Notes: generated from the letters alone by a model not told the origin. Positions 38,420 to 50,683 are shown, counted from the first letter of the whole stretch. The stretch is DNA of 63,146 bases, filler included, from Chiloscyllium plagiosum (GCF_004010195.1; 4 parts of one record of this genome joined end to end with filler, not necessarily neighbours in it), one strand, 5' to 3'. A program made the numbers and translations.

Positions 38420-40340
38420 TAGATAGAGAAAAACCAGTAGATATGTTGTATTAACATTTACAGAAGACATTGGACAAGGTACCTCACAAAAGGTAAAGTC
38501 ATGAGATAAAAACTCACAGTGTTGGAGGTAGTATATTGGCATGGATACAGAATTGGCAAATGGGCAGGAAACAGCGAGTGGAGATAAAGAATTCCTTTTC
38601 AGTTTGGCAACCTGTGACCAGTGGGTTCCACAGGAATCAGTGCTGAGATCACAACTGTTCACAATATCTATTAATGACTTGGAGGATGGAAAAGAATGTA
38701 TTGTAGGCAAATTTGCAGACACAACAAAATTAGGTGGAAAGGCAAGAAGGATGTAAACAGTTTAGAAAGATATCAATGGATTAAGTAAATGGGCAAAAGT
38801 TGATAAGTAGAGCGTGATGTGAGAAAATGTTATTTTGTTCATTATGAAAGAGAAAACAAAAAAGCAGAATATCACTTAAATGGAGAAATGTTGCAGAACA
38901 GAACTTGCAGATACTTGTACATGAACACAAAGCTAGCATGCAGGTATGGCATATGGGTAATGGAAAGTTGGTCCTTATTTCAAGAGGGTTGAAGTATTAG
39001 AGTAAAGAAGTCTTACTGTAACTATACAAGGTGGGGGTGGGGGGTGGTTGGGAGGCCATATCTAGAGAATTGTGAGCTATTTTGGTCCCCTTATTTAAGG
39101 AAAAATATCATTTCATTGGAAGCAGTTCAGAGAAGGTTTATAAAGGATTGCCCTTGTATGGAGGGATTGTCCTATGAGCAAAGGCCAAACATGTTGCAAC
39201 TCACTGGAATTTAGAAGAAAGAGAGGTGATTTCATTGAAACACGTAGAATTCTTTAGGGGCTTGATAGAGTAAATGCTGAGAAGACATGTGCTCTCATGG
39301 GACATTCTCAGACCAGACAGCATAATCTCACAATAATGCAGCATCAAATTAATGCCAATGGAAGGAATTTCTTCTCTCAGATGTTTGAGTAAGACTGAGA
39401 TATTTAAGGCTGAGATAGAAAGATTCTTGATCACTTGGGGAATCAAGAGTTGTGGAGAAAATGCAGGAAAGTGGATATGAGGAATGTCAGAACATTGAAT
39501 GACGGGGCAGCCTTAAGGGGCCAAACAGCCTATTTCTGCTCCTAATTCTAATGGCCTAATGGAGGAAACCCAGATCCCTCTGCACTGAAGCATTTTGAAA
39601 ATGTGAGGTTCTACACTTTGACAAGAGGAATGTAGGAACTGAACATTATTTAAATGGAGAAAGAATGTGGAAAGCTGCAGGGCAGAGGACTTTGGGGTTC
39701 CTTATCCATAAATCACTAAAAAGCTGGCATCCAAGTTCAATGTGGAATAGGGAAGGTAAATAGACTATGGGCATTTATTTCAAAGGAATGTATAAGGCAC
39801 AATTCAGTTTATGACTGGAATAATATGAATAGTCTTGGTCCCTTTATCAAAGGAAAGATAGGCTGAGATCCAGAGAAGGTTCACTGTGCTGATCCTGGGC
39901 ACTGATGGGTTTTCTTAAGTGAGAGGTTGAGTACATTGGGCCTGTACTCATTGGTATTAAGAATGAGAAGCAACCTTATTGTCATAAACAAGATTCTTAG
40001 AAGACTTGGCAGGATAGATATGGTAAGGTTGCTTCCCCACATGGGAGAGTCTAGGACTAGAGGGCTTAATCTCAGCATAAGTGATCAAACAATAAAACAG
40101 AAATGAGGAGGAATTTCTTCACTCAGAAGGTAATGAATTTGCACAATGCTTTACCATAGTGGAATGTTGAGATTGGTGTAAGTATATCAAAGACTGAAAC
40201 AGGCAGATTTTTAATCTGTAAGAGAATCAAGAGTTATGAGGAAAAGGCAGGAAATGGAGTTGAGGATTATCAGATCATGTATGATCTCATTGAATAACCA
40301 AGCAGACTCAATGGACTGCTCCCATGTCTTATGGCCTTTC
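38420..40340 (+). mobile_element. Two tandem old CR1 3' fragments
   Basis: GKFADTTKLGG; two successive decayed 3' UTRs ending at ~39560 and ~40335. Confidence 0.7.
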
Positions 40341-40624
40341 CTTGCATATCTGAATAACTACTCAAGTAAGTATCTTGAGTAGAAAGCAGAAATGTACTTT
40401 ACAGAGCAAATTCACCGATAGTCCTGTCACTGTTTGATAATTGATGCATGGTATGGAATTAAATTTTATTTTAATTGATTTTTACTAGCTCAGGAGGTAT
40501 ATGAACCAATGTTCATCTAAGCTGCTCTTCCACAGAGCAACTTGTAAGTCCCAATAGAGGCTACGTACAGTGCCCTTTGTGTTGTCACACGTGCGTGGAC
40601 ATGTTAAATAAAAGAAACAAAGGT

Positions 40625-41285
40625 CCTTATACTCTTATGACCATGTTTGAACTAAGGCTGTAATGAAATCATGAGTGGCCTTGGCCAAATTCAAACTGAG
40701 CAGGCTATTGCTAAGCAGGTGCTGCTTGATAGCCCCTGCTATCAACTTCCTCACTTTATTGATGATTAAGAATAGACTGATGGAGCAGCAATTGGTGTAA
40801 TTGAATTTGTCCTGCATTTTTATGTATAGGACATACCCGAGTCATTTTCCACATTGCCAGATAGCTGTTGGTATTCTACCTGTACTGGAACAGCTTGACG
40901 AAGGGCATGGCAAATTCTAAAGCATATACCTTCAGTACTATTGCCAGAATGTTTTCAAGATCCATAGCCTTTGCAGTATCCAAAGTCTTAGCCACTTCTT
41001 TATCTCACATGTAGTGAATTGAATTGGATGGTAGATATAAGGGAACACCATCACCTATAAATTCTCCTCCAAGCAACTTACCAGCCTGATTTGGAAAGAT
41101 ATTGCCATTTCTTCACTGAATGAAAATGCTGCAACTCCCTCCTTAACAGCATTATGGGTCTAGCTATACCAAATGGACTGCAGTAGTTCAAACAAGCAGC
41201 TCAGCACCACCTTCTCAAAAGGACTTAGGGATGAGTAATAAATGCTAGCACAGCCAGCAATGCCCAAATTCCATAGATTTTTTAA
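40625..41285. mobile_element. CR1 family B fragment with internal inversion
   Basis: 40625-41030 is minus-strand mid-ORF2; 41040-41285 is the plus-strand 3' tail of the same family (compare 6400-6900 and 7720-7960). Confidence 0.65.
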
Positions 41286-41671
41286 AAATTGCCTGTTCTT
41301 CAAATAATGTTACAAGATCACCAGATGAACAAAACAAAGATTAATGCATTATCCAAACACTGGTACCTCCAAACACACAGCAGCACCTTCTTTATTGCGC
41401 TGAAGTGTCAGCTAGGTTTATGTACTCAAGTTCGTGATTGGATGGCAATGTAAGACCTGCTAACTTTACAGGATAGCTGGTTTCTAGAATGTAATATGCT
41501 TATATAAGATCAATGTCAGTTTATATTTATGTCTTTAAAAACTGAGGATTGCAAGGAGAAAGAACTGTTTGTTTCAGAAAAGAAACACATGGCTGCACAA
41601 TTTTACGGTGAGAAATTTGATATCTATTATGATCTCTGTTTAGTGGTTGTAGGTTCCTGAAATGTGCAGAT

Positions 41672-44600
41672 AGAGTCATAGAGTCATAGAGATGTACAGC
41701 ATGGTCCAACCTGTCCATGCCGAACAGATATCCCAACCCAATCTAGTCCCACCTACCAGCACCCGGCCCATAACCCTCCAAACCCTTCCTATTCATATAC
41801 CCATCCTAATGCCTCTTAAATGTTGCAATTGTACCAGCCTCCACCACATCCTCTGGCAGCTCATTCCATATACATACCACCCTCTGCATGAAAATGTTGC
41901 CCCTTAGGTCTCTTTTATACCTTTCCCCTCTTAGCCTAAACCTATGCCCTCTAGTTCTGGAGTTCCCGACCCCAGGGAAAAGACTTTGTCTATTTATCGT
42001 ATCCATGCCCCTCATAATTTTGTAAACCTCTATAAGGTCACCCCTCAGCCTCCGACGCTCCAGGGAAAACAGCCCCAGCCTGTTCAGCCTCTGCCTATAG
42101 CTCAAATCCTCCAACCCTTGCAACAACATTGTAAGTCTTTTCTGAACCACTTCAAGTTTCACAACATCTTTCCGATAGGAAGGAGACCAGAATTGCACGC
42201 AATATTCCAATAGTGGCCTAAACAATGTTCTGTACAGCCGCAACATGATCTCCCAACTCCTGTACTCAATACTCTGACTGATAAAGGAAAGCATACCAAA
42301 CGCCTTCTTCACTATCCTATCTATCTGCGACTCCAATTTCAAGGAGTTATGAACCTGCGACTCCAAGATCTCTTTGTTCAGCAACACTCCCTAGGACCTG
42401 ACCATTAAGTGTATAAGTCCTGCTAAGATTTGCTTTCCCAAAATGCAGCAGCTCGCATTTATCTGAATTAAACTCCATCTGCCACTTCTTAGCCCATTGG
42501 CCTATCTGGTCCAGATCATTTTGTAATCTGAGGTAATTCTCTTCGCTGTCCATGACACCTCCAATTTTGGTGTCATCTGCAAACTTACTAACTGTACATC
42601 TTATGCTCACGTCCAAATCATTTATGTAAATGACAAAAAGTAGAGGCCCAGCACTGATCCTAGTGGCACTCCACTGGTCACAGGCCTCCAGTCTGAAAAA
42701 CAATCCTCCACCACCACCCTCTGTCTTCTACCTTTGAGCCAGTTCTGTATCCAAATGGCTAGTTTTCCTTGTATTCCATGAGATCTAACCTTGCTAATCA
42801 GTCTCCCATGGGGAACCTTGTTGAATGCCTTACTGAAGTCCATATAGATCTTATCTACTGCTCTGCCTTCATCAATCCTCTTTGTTACTTCTTCAAAAAC
42901 TCAATCAAGTTTGTGAGACATGATTTCCCACGCACAAAGACATTTTGACTATCCCTAATCAGTCCTTGCCTTTCCAAATACATGTACATCCTGTCCCTCA
43001 GGATTCCCTCCAACAACTTGCCCACCACTGAGGTCAGGATCACCGGTCCATAGTTCCCTGGCTTGTCTTTACCACCCTTCTTAAACAGTGGCACCATGTT
43101 TGCCAACCTCCAACCTCACCTGTGACTATCGATGATACAAATATCTCAGCAAGAGGCCCAGCAATCGCTTCTCTAGCTTCCCACAGAGTTCTCGGGTACA
43201 CCTGATCAGGTCCTGGGGATTTATTCACCTTTAACCGTTTCAAGACACCCAGCACTTCCTCCTCTGTAATCTGGACATTTTGCAAGAAATCAACATCTAT
43301 TTCCCTTCAGTCTATATCTTCCATATCCTTTTCCACAGTAAATACTGATGCAAAATATTCATTTAGTGTCTTACTTTCTCTGGATTCTTGTTATCTCATT
43401 TCTGAAGGCTTCCCATTTTCCGTTCGTCCCTTTACCTGTGAACATCCGCCTCCAATCAGCTTTCGAAAATTCTTGCCTAATACCGGCAAAATTGGCCTTT
43501 CTCCAATTTAGAACTTCAACTTTTAGATCTGGTCTATCCTTTTCCATCACGTTTTTAAGACGAATAGAATTATGGTTGCTGGCCCTAAAGTGTTCCTCCC
43601 ATGACACCTCAGTCACCTGTCCTGCCTTATTTCCCAAGAGTAGGTCAGATTTTGCACCTTCTCTAGTAGGTACATCCACATACTGAATCAGAAAATTGTC
43701 TTGTACGCCCTTAAGAAATTTCTCTCCATCTAAACCTTTAACACTATGGCAGTCCCAGTCTATGTTTGGAAAGTTAAAATCCCCTACCATTATTCTTACA
43801 GATAGCTGAGATCTCCTTACAAGTTTGTTTCTCAATTTCCCTCTGACTATTAGGGTGTCTATAATGCAATCCCAATAAGGTTATCGTCCCTTTCTTATTT
43901 CTCAGTTCGACCCAAATAACTTCACTGGATGTATTCCAGGGAATATCCTCCCTCAGCACAGCTGTAATGCTATCCCTTATCAAAACACCACTCCCCCTCC
44001 TCTCTTGCCTCCCTTTCTATCCTTTCTGTAGCATTTGTATCCTGGAACATTAAGCAGCCAGTCCTGCCCATCCCTGAGCCATGTTTCTGTAATTGCTATG
44101 ATATCCCAGTCCCATGTTCCTAACCATGCCCTGAGTTCAGCTGCCTTCCCTGTTAGGCCCCTTGCATTGAAATAAATGTAGTTTAATTTATTAGTCCTAC
44201 CTTGTCCCTACCTGCCCTGACTGTTTGACTCACTTCTATTCTCAACTATACCAGTCTCAGCTTGATCTCTTTCCTCACTATCTCCCTAGGTCCCACCCCC
44301 CACCTTACTACTGGGTCCAACCAACCCCCCACCCCCACTTTAAATACTCCCAAGCAGCTCTAGCTAATGTCCCTTTCGGTATATTAGTCCCCTTCCAAAT
44401 TAGGTGCAATCCGTCCTTCTTGTACAGGTCACTTCTACCCCAAAAGAGCTTCCAATTAACCAAAAATGTGAATCCTTCTCCCTTACACCAGCTCCTCAAC
44501 CATGAATTTATCTGTTCTATTCGCCTACTCCTGCCCTCACTAGCTCGTAGCACTGGGAGTAATCCAGATATTACTACTCTTGAGGACCTCCTTTTTAAAT

Positions 44601-46235
44601 TCCTGCCTAACTCTCTGTAATCTCCCTTCAGAGTCTCAACCTGTTCCCTTTCTATGTTGTTGGTTCCAATGTGGACAATTACCTCCTGCTGGCCCCTCTC
44701 CCCGGTGAGAACATTCTGCACCCTCTCTGAGACATCCTTGATCCTGTCACCAGGGAAGCAACACACCATTCTGCTTTTTCACTGCTGGCCACAGAAACGT
44801 CTCGAACTAGTGAGTCTCCTCACACAATCGATCTCTTAGAACCTGACATACCCCTCGTTGCATTAGAGCCAGTCTCAATACCAGAAACGTGGCTGTTCGT
44901 GCTACGTTCCCNNNNNNNNNNNNNNNNNNNNNNNNNNNNNNNNNNNNNNNNNNNNNNNNNNNNNNNNTACAGGTCACTTCTACTCCAAAAGAGATTCCAA
45001 TGATCCAAAAATGTGAATCCTTCCCCCATACACCAGCTCCTCAGCCATGCATTCATCTGCTCTATCCTCCTATTCCTGCCCTCACTAGCTCGTAGCACTG
45101 GGAGTAATCCAGATATTACTACCCTTGAGGACCTCCTTTTTAAATTTCTGCTTAATCTCCATTCAGAATCTCAACCTTGTCCCTTCCTATATTGTTGGTT
45201 CCAATGTGGACAATGACCTCTTGCTGACAATTGTCCCCCATGAGAACATTCTGCACCCTCTCTGAGACATCCTTGATCCTGGCACCAGGGAAACAACGGA
45301 AACAACACACCATTCTGCTTTTTCTCTGCTGGCCACAGAAACGTCTGTCTGTACTTCGGACTTCAGAATCCCCTAACACAATTGATCTCTTGGAAACCGA
45401 CGTACCCCTCATTGCATTAGAGCCAGTCTCAATACCAGAAACTTGGCTGTTCGTGCTACGTTCCCCTAAGAATCCATCACCCCCTACATTTTCCAAAACA
45501 GCATACTTGTTTGAAATGGATATATTCACAAAAGACTCCTGCCCTAAGTGCCGACCTCTCTTACCCTTCCTGGAGTTAACCCATCTATGTGACTGTATCT
45601 GAGACTTTTCCCCCTTCCTATAACTGCCATCCATCACATACTGTTGCAATTGCAAATACCTCATTGCTTCTATCTGTCTCTCCAACCGATCCACTCGATC
45701 TGATAAGATTCGCATCCAACGGCATTTATGACAGGTATAATCCACAGTAACCCTTAAACTCTCTTTAAACTGCCACATCTGACAAGACGTACATATCACT
45801 GCAAAGGCCATTTTTGCTCCTTCACAATCTACAGACCCAGAAAATAACACCGTCTTATTCCTCTACACAATATGCATCAGGTTAAATTAATAGCTATAGC
45901 TTATATTTTAATTTTACTCAAGAGACTTATCTCCAAAAACATACAATCAAGAAAGAACCCACTGTACTCACTAATACAGCCTTTCTCTTGGACAGGCTTA
46001 AAACAACAATTAACTTATCTGATTCTGTGTTGTGAACTTCGCCCAAACGGGTTCTTCCAAGATTGGTTGTGAAATTCACTGTTTGTTAATTTCCCCATGT
46101 GCTTCCTTTGTCTGTTCTTCTCCCTTTTAAAACTGCTGTTGTTTTGACATTTTTTTCCAAAGTTCCAAAACAATGCAACAGCATATAAAACAGTAATTGC
46201 TGCTCCTGGAATTCGAGGAAATCACCTCCAGCACC
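41672..46235 (-). mobile_element. Near-full-length CR1 (family A): ORF1 (Zn-finger/SGNH esterase) and disrupted ORF2
   Basis: ORF1 starts at ATG 45811 (CTSCQMW..CHKC, VLGDS, HIGTNN). APE and RT motifs span 41800-44200, with an internal deletion at ~43370 and a (ctctatga)n tail. The 5' boundary is approximate. Confidence 0.9.
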
Positions 46236-47101
46236 TAAATGATCAAGAGCAGGGAACTGTTCAAAAGTGAAGCTGATTGATTCTCAGTTAACTGAGCAGG
46301 TTGGAACTGGCAACAAGTTAGAGTCACACACAGAGAAAAACACAGAACCTTGTGCTGTTTATTTCACCAGCAAAAGCTGTCCATTCTGCCCAGTAAAAAA
46401 AAGTTATCTTTCCTGCAGCAGATGCTGTGAGCCATTACTTTTGAATTGATGAATCAGAGATATTTTCCAAGTGAGTCAGTTGCTCTGTACTTTTGACAAA
46501 CTAGTGAAAGCTTCTAAAGAAAGATAACTGAACACCAAAGGACCTGGCTAGCCAAAATAGGATCACCGCTGTGTGGGAACAAAGAAGCAAAGACCACTGG
46601 ACTGAATATCCAGTTTTTCGCTACCTCTGCCAATAATCTATTTTCCTTATTGATTTGTTTGTGTTTGTGTAAAGGCTGAGTTTATAAAGGGAATCATTTT
46701 AGCTAGGAGTATCATACGCTAATGATTTCATCTGTTACTTATAACTATAGTCTAATTATTTACAATACATTTTTTTTGGTACAGAAACTTGGTCCTTGTT
46801 TTCTATCAAGGTTAGGGAAGTTGAAGTACTGTGCACACCTCCAAAAAAACTTTAATATTTGTTATGATTCTGGGAACAGTGGGGCTCCATTATGGCATGC
46901 TACTACCCCAGTGAGTCGTAACATTTAGAATAAGGAAGGAAGCATATTAAAATCAGAGAAGTCAAATTGCTTATTCTTGCTTCTAATTCATATGTTCATT
47001 TGCTTTATTTCTTGTTTTCTCCTACATGTAACCAATGCATCCTGTATAATTCAAGCTTGAGAAATTGAATTTAACCTGTGCAGGAGAGATGATTCAGTTC
47101 G

Positions 47102-47700
47102 TGTGTAAGTAGACTGTTTGTCCAACTTAGTTGTGGACTACACAATTTAGACTGTCTGGATATAAATTTTGTTAGATTGCCACATGTACTCTGCTCTCAT
47201 CAGCATCTTTTATTTTAACAAATTTAGTGGAATTAATGCAGAAAAGGTTAGTTGGGGAAATGATTCCTTAAGTGCAGATTGAGAACTTGTGTTCCTGTTG
47301 TACAACATATTAATCTGTTGAGGTCATCCAGTAATACTGATACAAGGTTTCTCCGTAAGTGAGGATTTGTGTGTTCTCTTCCATTCGCACCTAGACTGAA
47401 CAACTGCATTTACTACGCAAATGCAGTTGTTCAGTCTAGGTGCGAATGGAAGAGAACCTTTGTATCAGCATTACTGGATGACCTCAATAGATTAATATGT
47501 AGAATAACAGGAACATAAGTTCTTAATCTGCACTTAAGGAATCGTATCCCCAACTAACCTTTTCTGCATTAAATCCACTAAATTTGTAAAATAAAATGCT
47601 GATGAGACCAGAGTACATGTGGCAATCTAATAAAATTTAAATCCAGACAGTCTAAATTGTGTAGTCCACAACTAAATTGGACAAACAATCTACTTACACA
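47102..47700. repeat. ~600-bp fold-back palindrome (long inverted repeat)
   Basis: 47102-47346 pairs with 47458-47700 (about 15 substitutions and 3 indel bases by hand count). Perfect 39-bp stem 47373-47411/47419-47457 with a 7-nt spacer. Confidence 0.95.
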
Positions 47701-47931
47701 GGGAGTTTTAAAAGTTTTGATGGAAAAGGATAGACCAGATCTAAAAGCTGAACCTCAAAATTGGAGAAAGGCCAATTTTGACAGTATTAGGCAAGAACTT
47801 TCAAAAGCTGATTGGGGGCAGATGTTTGCAGGCAAAGGGACGGCTGGAAAATGGGAAGCTTTCAGAAATGAGATGACGAGAATCCAGAGACAGTATATTC
47901 CTGTTAGGGTGAAAGGAAAGGCTGGTAGGTA

Positions 47932-48650
47932 CAGAGGAACCTTGATTATCCGAATACCACTTATCCGAAAATCAGATTATCCGGAGATCTCAAGATCCCA
48001 ATAGAAACATTACATCAAAGACATGTTTCCAACAGTGATCGTGTCTTTTGTTTATAGTGAGTTAATAGGCACTATCTCCAAAAGACTGACCTCCCGCACT
48101 TTCTCTCTCCCCGCACTTTCCCTGGAGTTCTACAGACGGATGTACCCAAAATCCCCCTTCCCCAGATAATCTCTCCAACATTGTCCTGTACAGGGCAAAT
48201 GTGGAACCTGTCAAAAAGCTGCAGTAAGAATGTGTATGTGTGTGTGTGCGCGCACGCGTGCACTATTCTGAGACTTACTCCACAAAGGCAGCAGCAGCAG
48301 CAGTGTTATTGTTAGTGTCCGGTCTGGCTGCCCAGGAGACGGGGCGGGGCAATGTTGGACGGGGATGGGGGCGCGGGCAGGGGCAATGCTNNNNNNNNNN
48401 NNNNNNNNNNNNNNNNNNNNNNNNNNNNNNNNNNNNNNNNNNNNNNNNNNNNNNGTTGGATGGAGTAGGGTGGGCAGGGTTGGATGGGGCGGGGCCTCAC
48501 ACGATGTGATGCTGCCTCACCTCCTGAATGGGGAGCAGACTTTAAAAACTCTGAGCCCCAGAGGAAAGGCATTTAATCGATTAACCAAATAATCGATTAT
48601 CTGAATGAAATAGTGGCCGTCCATCATGTTCAGATAATCGAGGATCCCCT
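47932..48650. mobile_element. Non-autonomous Tc1/mariner (Tigger-like) element
   Basis: TA|CAGAGGAACCTTGATTATCCGAA left TIR; right TIR ttcagataatcgaggatcccct lacks its last bases; subterminal (gattatccg) repeats. Confidence 0.7.
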
Positions 48651-49300
48651 AGAAAAAGGAAGCATATGTCAGGTATAGACAGGATAGATCGAGTGAATCC
48701 TTAGAAAAGTATAAAGGCAGTAGGAGGATACTTAAGAGGGGAATGAGGAGGACAAAAAGCGGACATGAGATAGCTTTGGCAAATAGAGTTAATGAGAATC
48801 CAAAGGGTTTTTACAAACATATTACGACAAAAGGGTAACTAGGGAGAGAATAGGGTCCCTCAAAGATCAGCAAGGTGGCCTTTGTGTGGAGCCGCAGGAA
48901 ATGGGGGAGATACTAAACAAGCATTTTGCATCAGTTTTTACTGTGGAAAAGGACATGAACGATATAGAATGTAGGGAAATAGATGGTGACACCTTGAAAA
49001 ATGGCCGTATTACAGAGGAGGATGTGCTGGATGTCTTGAAATGCATAAAAGTGGATAAATCCCCAGGACCTGATCAGGTGCACCCCAGATCTATGTGGGA
49101 AGCTAGGGAAGTGATTGCATGGCCTCTTGCTGAGATATTTGTATCATTGATAGTCACAGGTCAGGTGCCGGAAGACAGGAGGTTGGCTAACGTGGTGCCA
49201 CTGTTTAAGAAAGGTGGTAAGGACAAGCAGGGAATCATACACCAGTGAGCCTGACGTCGGTGGTGGGCAAGTTGTTGGAGGGAATCCTGAGGGAGAGGAT

Positions 49301-50278
49301 AGAACATAGAACAGTATAGCACAGAACAGGCCCTTCAGCCCACAATGTTGTGCCGACCATTGATCCTCATGTATGCACCCTCAAATTTCTGTGACTATGT
49401 GCACGTCCAGCAGTCTCTCAAACGTCCCCAATGATCTTGCCTCCACAACTGCTGCTGGCAATGCATTCCATGCTCTCACAACTCTCTGTGTAAAGAACCC
49501 GCCTCTGACATCTCCTCTATACTTTCCTCCAACCAGCTTAAAACTATGACCTCTCGTGTTAGCCATTTCTGCCCTGGGAAATAGTTTCTGGCTATCGACT
49601 CTATCTATGCCTCTCATTATCCTGTATACTTCAATTAGGTCCCCTCTCCTCCTCCTTTTCTCCAATGAAAAACGTCCGAGCTCAGTCAACCTCTCTTCAT
49701 AAGATAAGCCCTCCAGTCCAGGCAGCATTCTGGTAAACCTTCTCTGAACCCTCTCCAAAGCATCCACATCTTTCCTATAATAGGGGAACCAGAACTGGAC
49801 GCAGTATTCCAAGTGCGGTCTAACCAAAGTTTTGTAGAGCTGCAACAAGATCTCACGGCTCTTAAACTCAATCCTCCTGTTAATGAAAGCCAAAACACCA
49901 TATGCTTTCTTAACAACCCTGTCCACTTGGGTGGCAATTTTAAGGGATCTATGTACCTGCACACCAAGATCCCTCTGTTCCTCCACACTGCCAAGAATCC
50001 TATCCTTAATCCTGTACTCAGCTTTCAAATTCAACTTTCCAAAATGCATCACCTCGCATTTATCCACGTTGAACTCCATCTGCCACCTCTCAGCCCATCT
50101 CTGCACCCTTTCAATGTCCCGCTGCAGCCTACAACAGCCCTCTATACTGTCAACAACACCTCCAACCTTTGTGTCATCTGCAAACTTGCTGACCCATCCT
50201 TCAAGCCCCTCATCCAAGTCATTAATAAAAATTACAAACAACAGAGGCCCAAGGACAGAGCCCTGTGGAACACCACAG
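49301..50278 (-). mobile_element. Young CR1 (family C), 5'-truncated, uninterrupted RT C-terminal frame
   Basis: ~298 open codons [13 protein letters not shown]...KFADD...ERLLDVH; tail (ttctatg)n. Confidence 0.92.
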
Positions 50279-50513
50279 GGAGTTTGCACATTCTCCCCAT
50301 GTCTGCGTGGGTTTCCTCCGGGTGCTCCGGTTTCCTCCCACAGTTGAAAAATGTGCGGGTTAGGTGAATTGGCCACGCTAAATTGGCCGTAGTGTTAGGT
50401 GCAGGGGTAAATGTAGGGGAATGGATCTGGATGGGTGCGCTTTGGTGGGTCAGTGTGGACTTGTTGGGCCGAAGGGCCTGTTTCCACACTGTAAGTAATC
50501 TAATCTAATCTAA
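50279..50513 (+). mobile_element. HE1-type V-SINE, 5'-truncated
   Basis: ggagtttgcacattctcccc...gggtttcctccgggtgctccggtttcctccca V-domain; (taatc)n tail. Confidence 0.88.
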
Positions 50514-50683
50514 CCACAACATGGCTTTGTGCGTGGGAAATCATGTCTCACAAACTTGATTGAGTTTTTTGAAGAAGTAACAAAGAGGATTGATGAGGGT
50601 AGAGCGGTAGACGTGATCTATATGGACTTCAGTAAGGCACTCGACAAGGTTCCCCATGGGAGACTGGTTAGCAAGGTTAGATC

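Noticed and set aside
38120..38722. 200-aa minus-strand ORF
   Set aside because: Antisense to a decayed CR1 plus flank; no protein motif.
44421..45465. ~490-bp tandem duplication within CR1 ORF1
   Set aside because: The duplicated unit starts and ends exactly at the N gap (44912-44967). Most likely overlapping contig ends or two CR1 copies joined by the assembler.
46240..46923. Possible solo LTR remnants (ends ...gtcgtaaca; similar at ~23220-24310 and ~35800-36630)
   Set aside because: Only terminal-motif resemblance; no paired TG..CA ends with TSD could be established.
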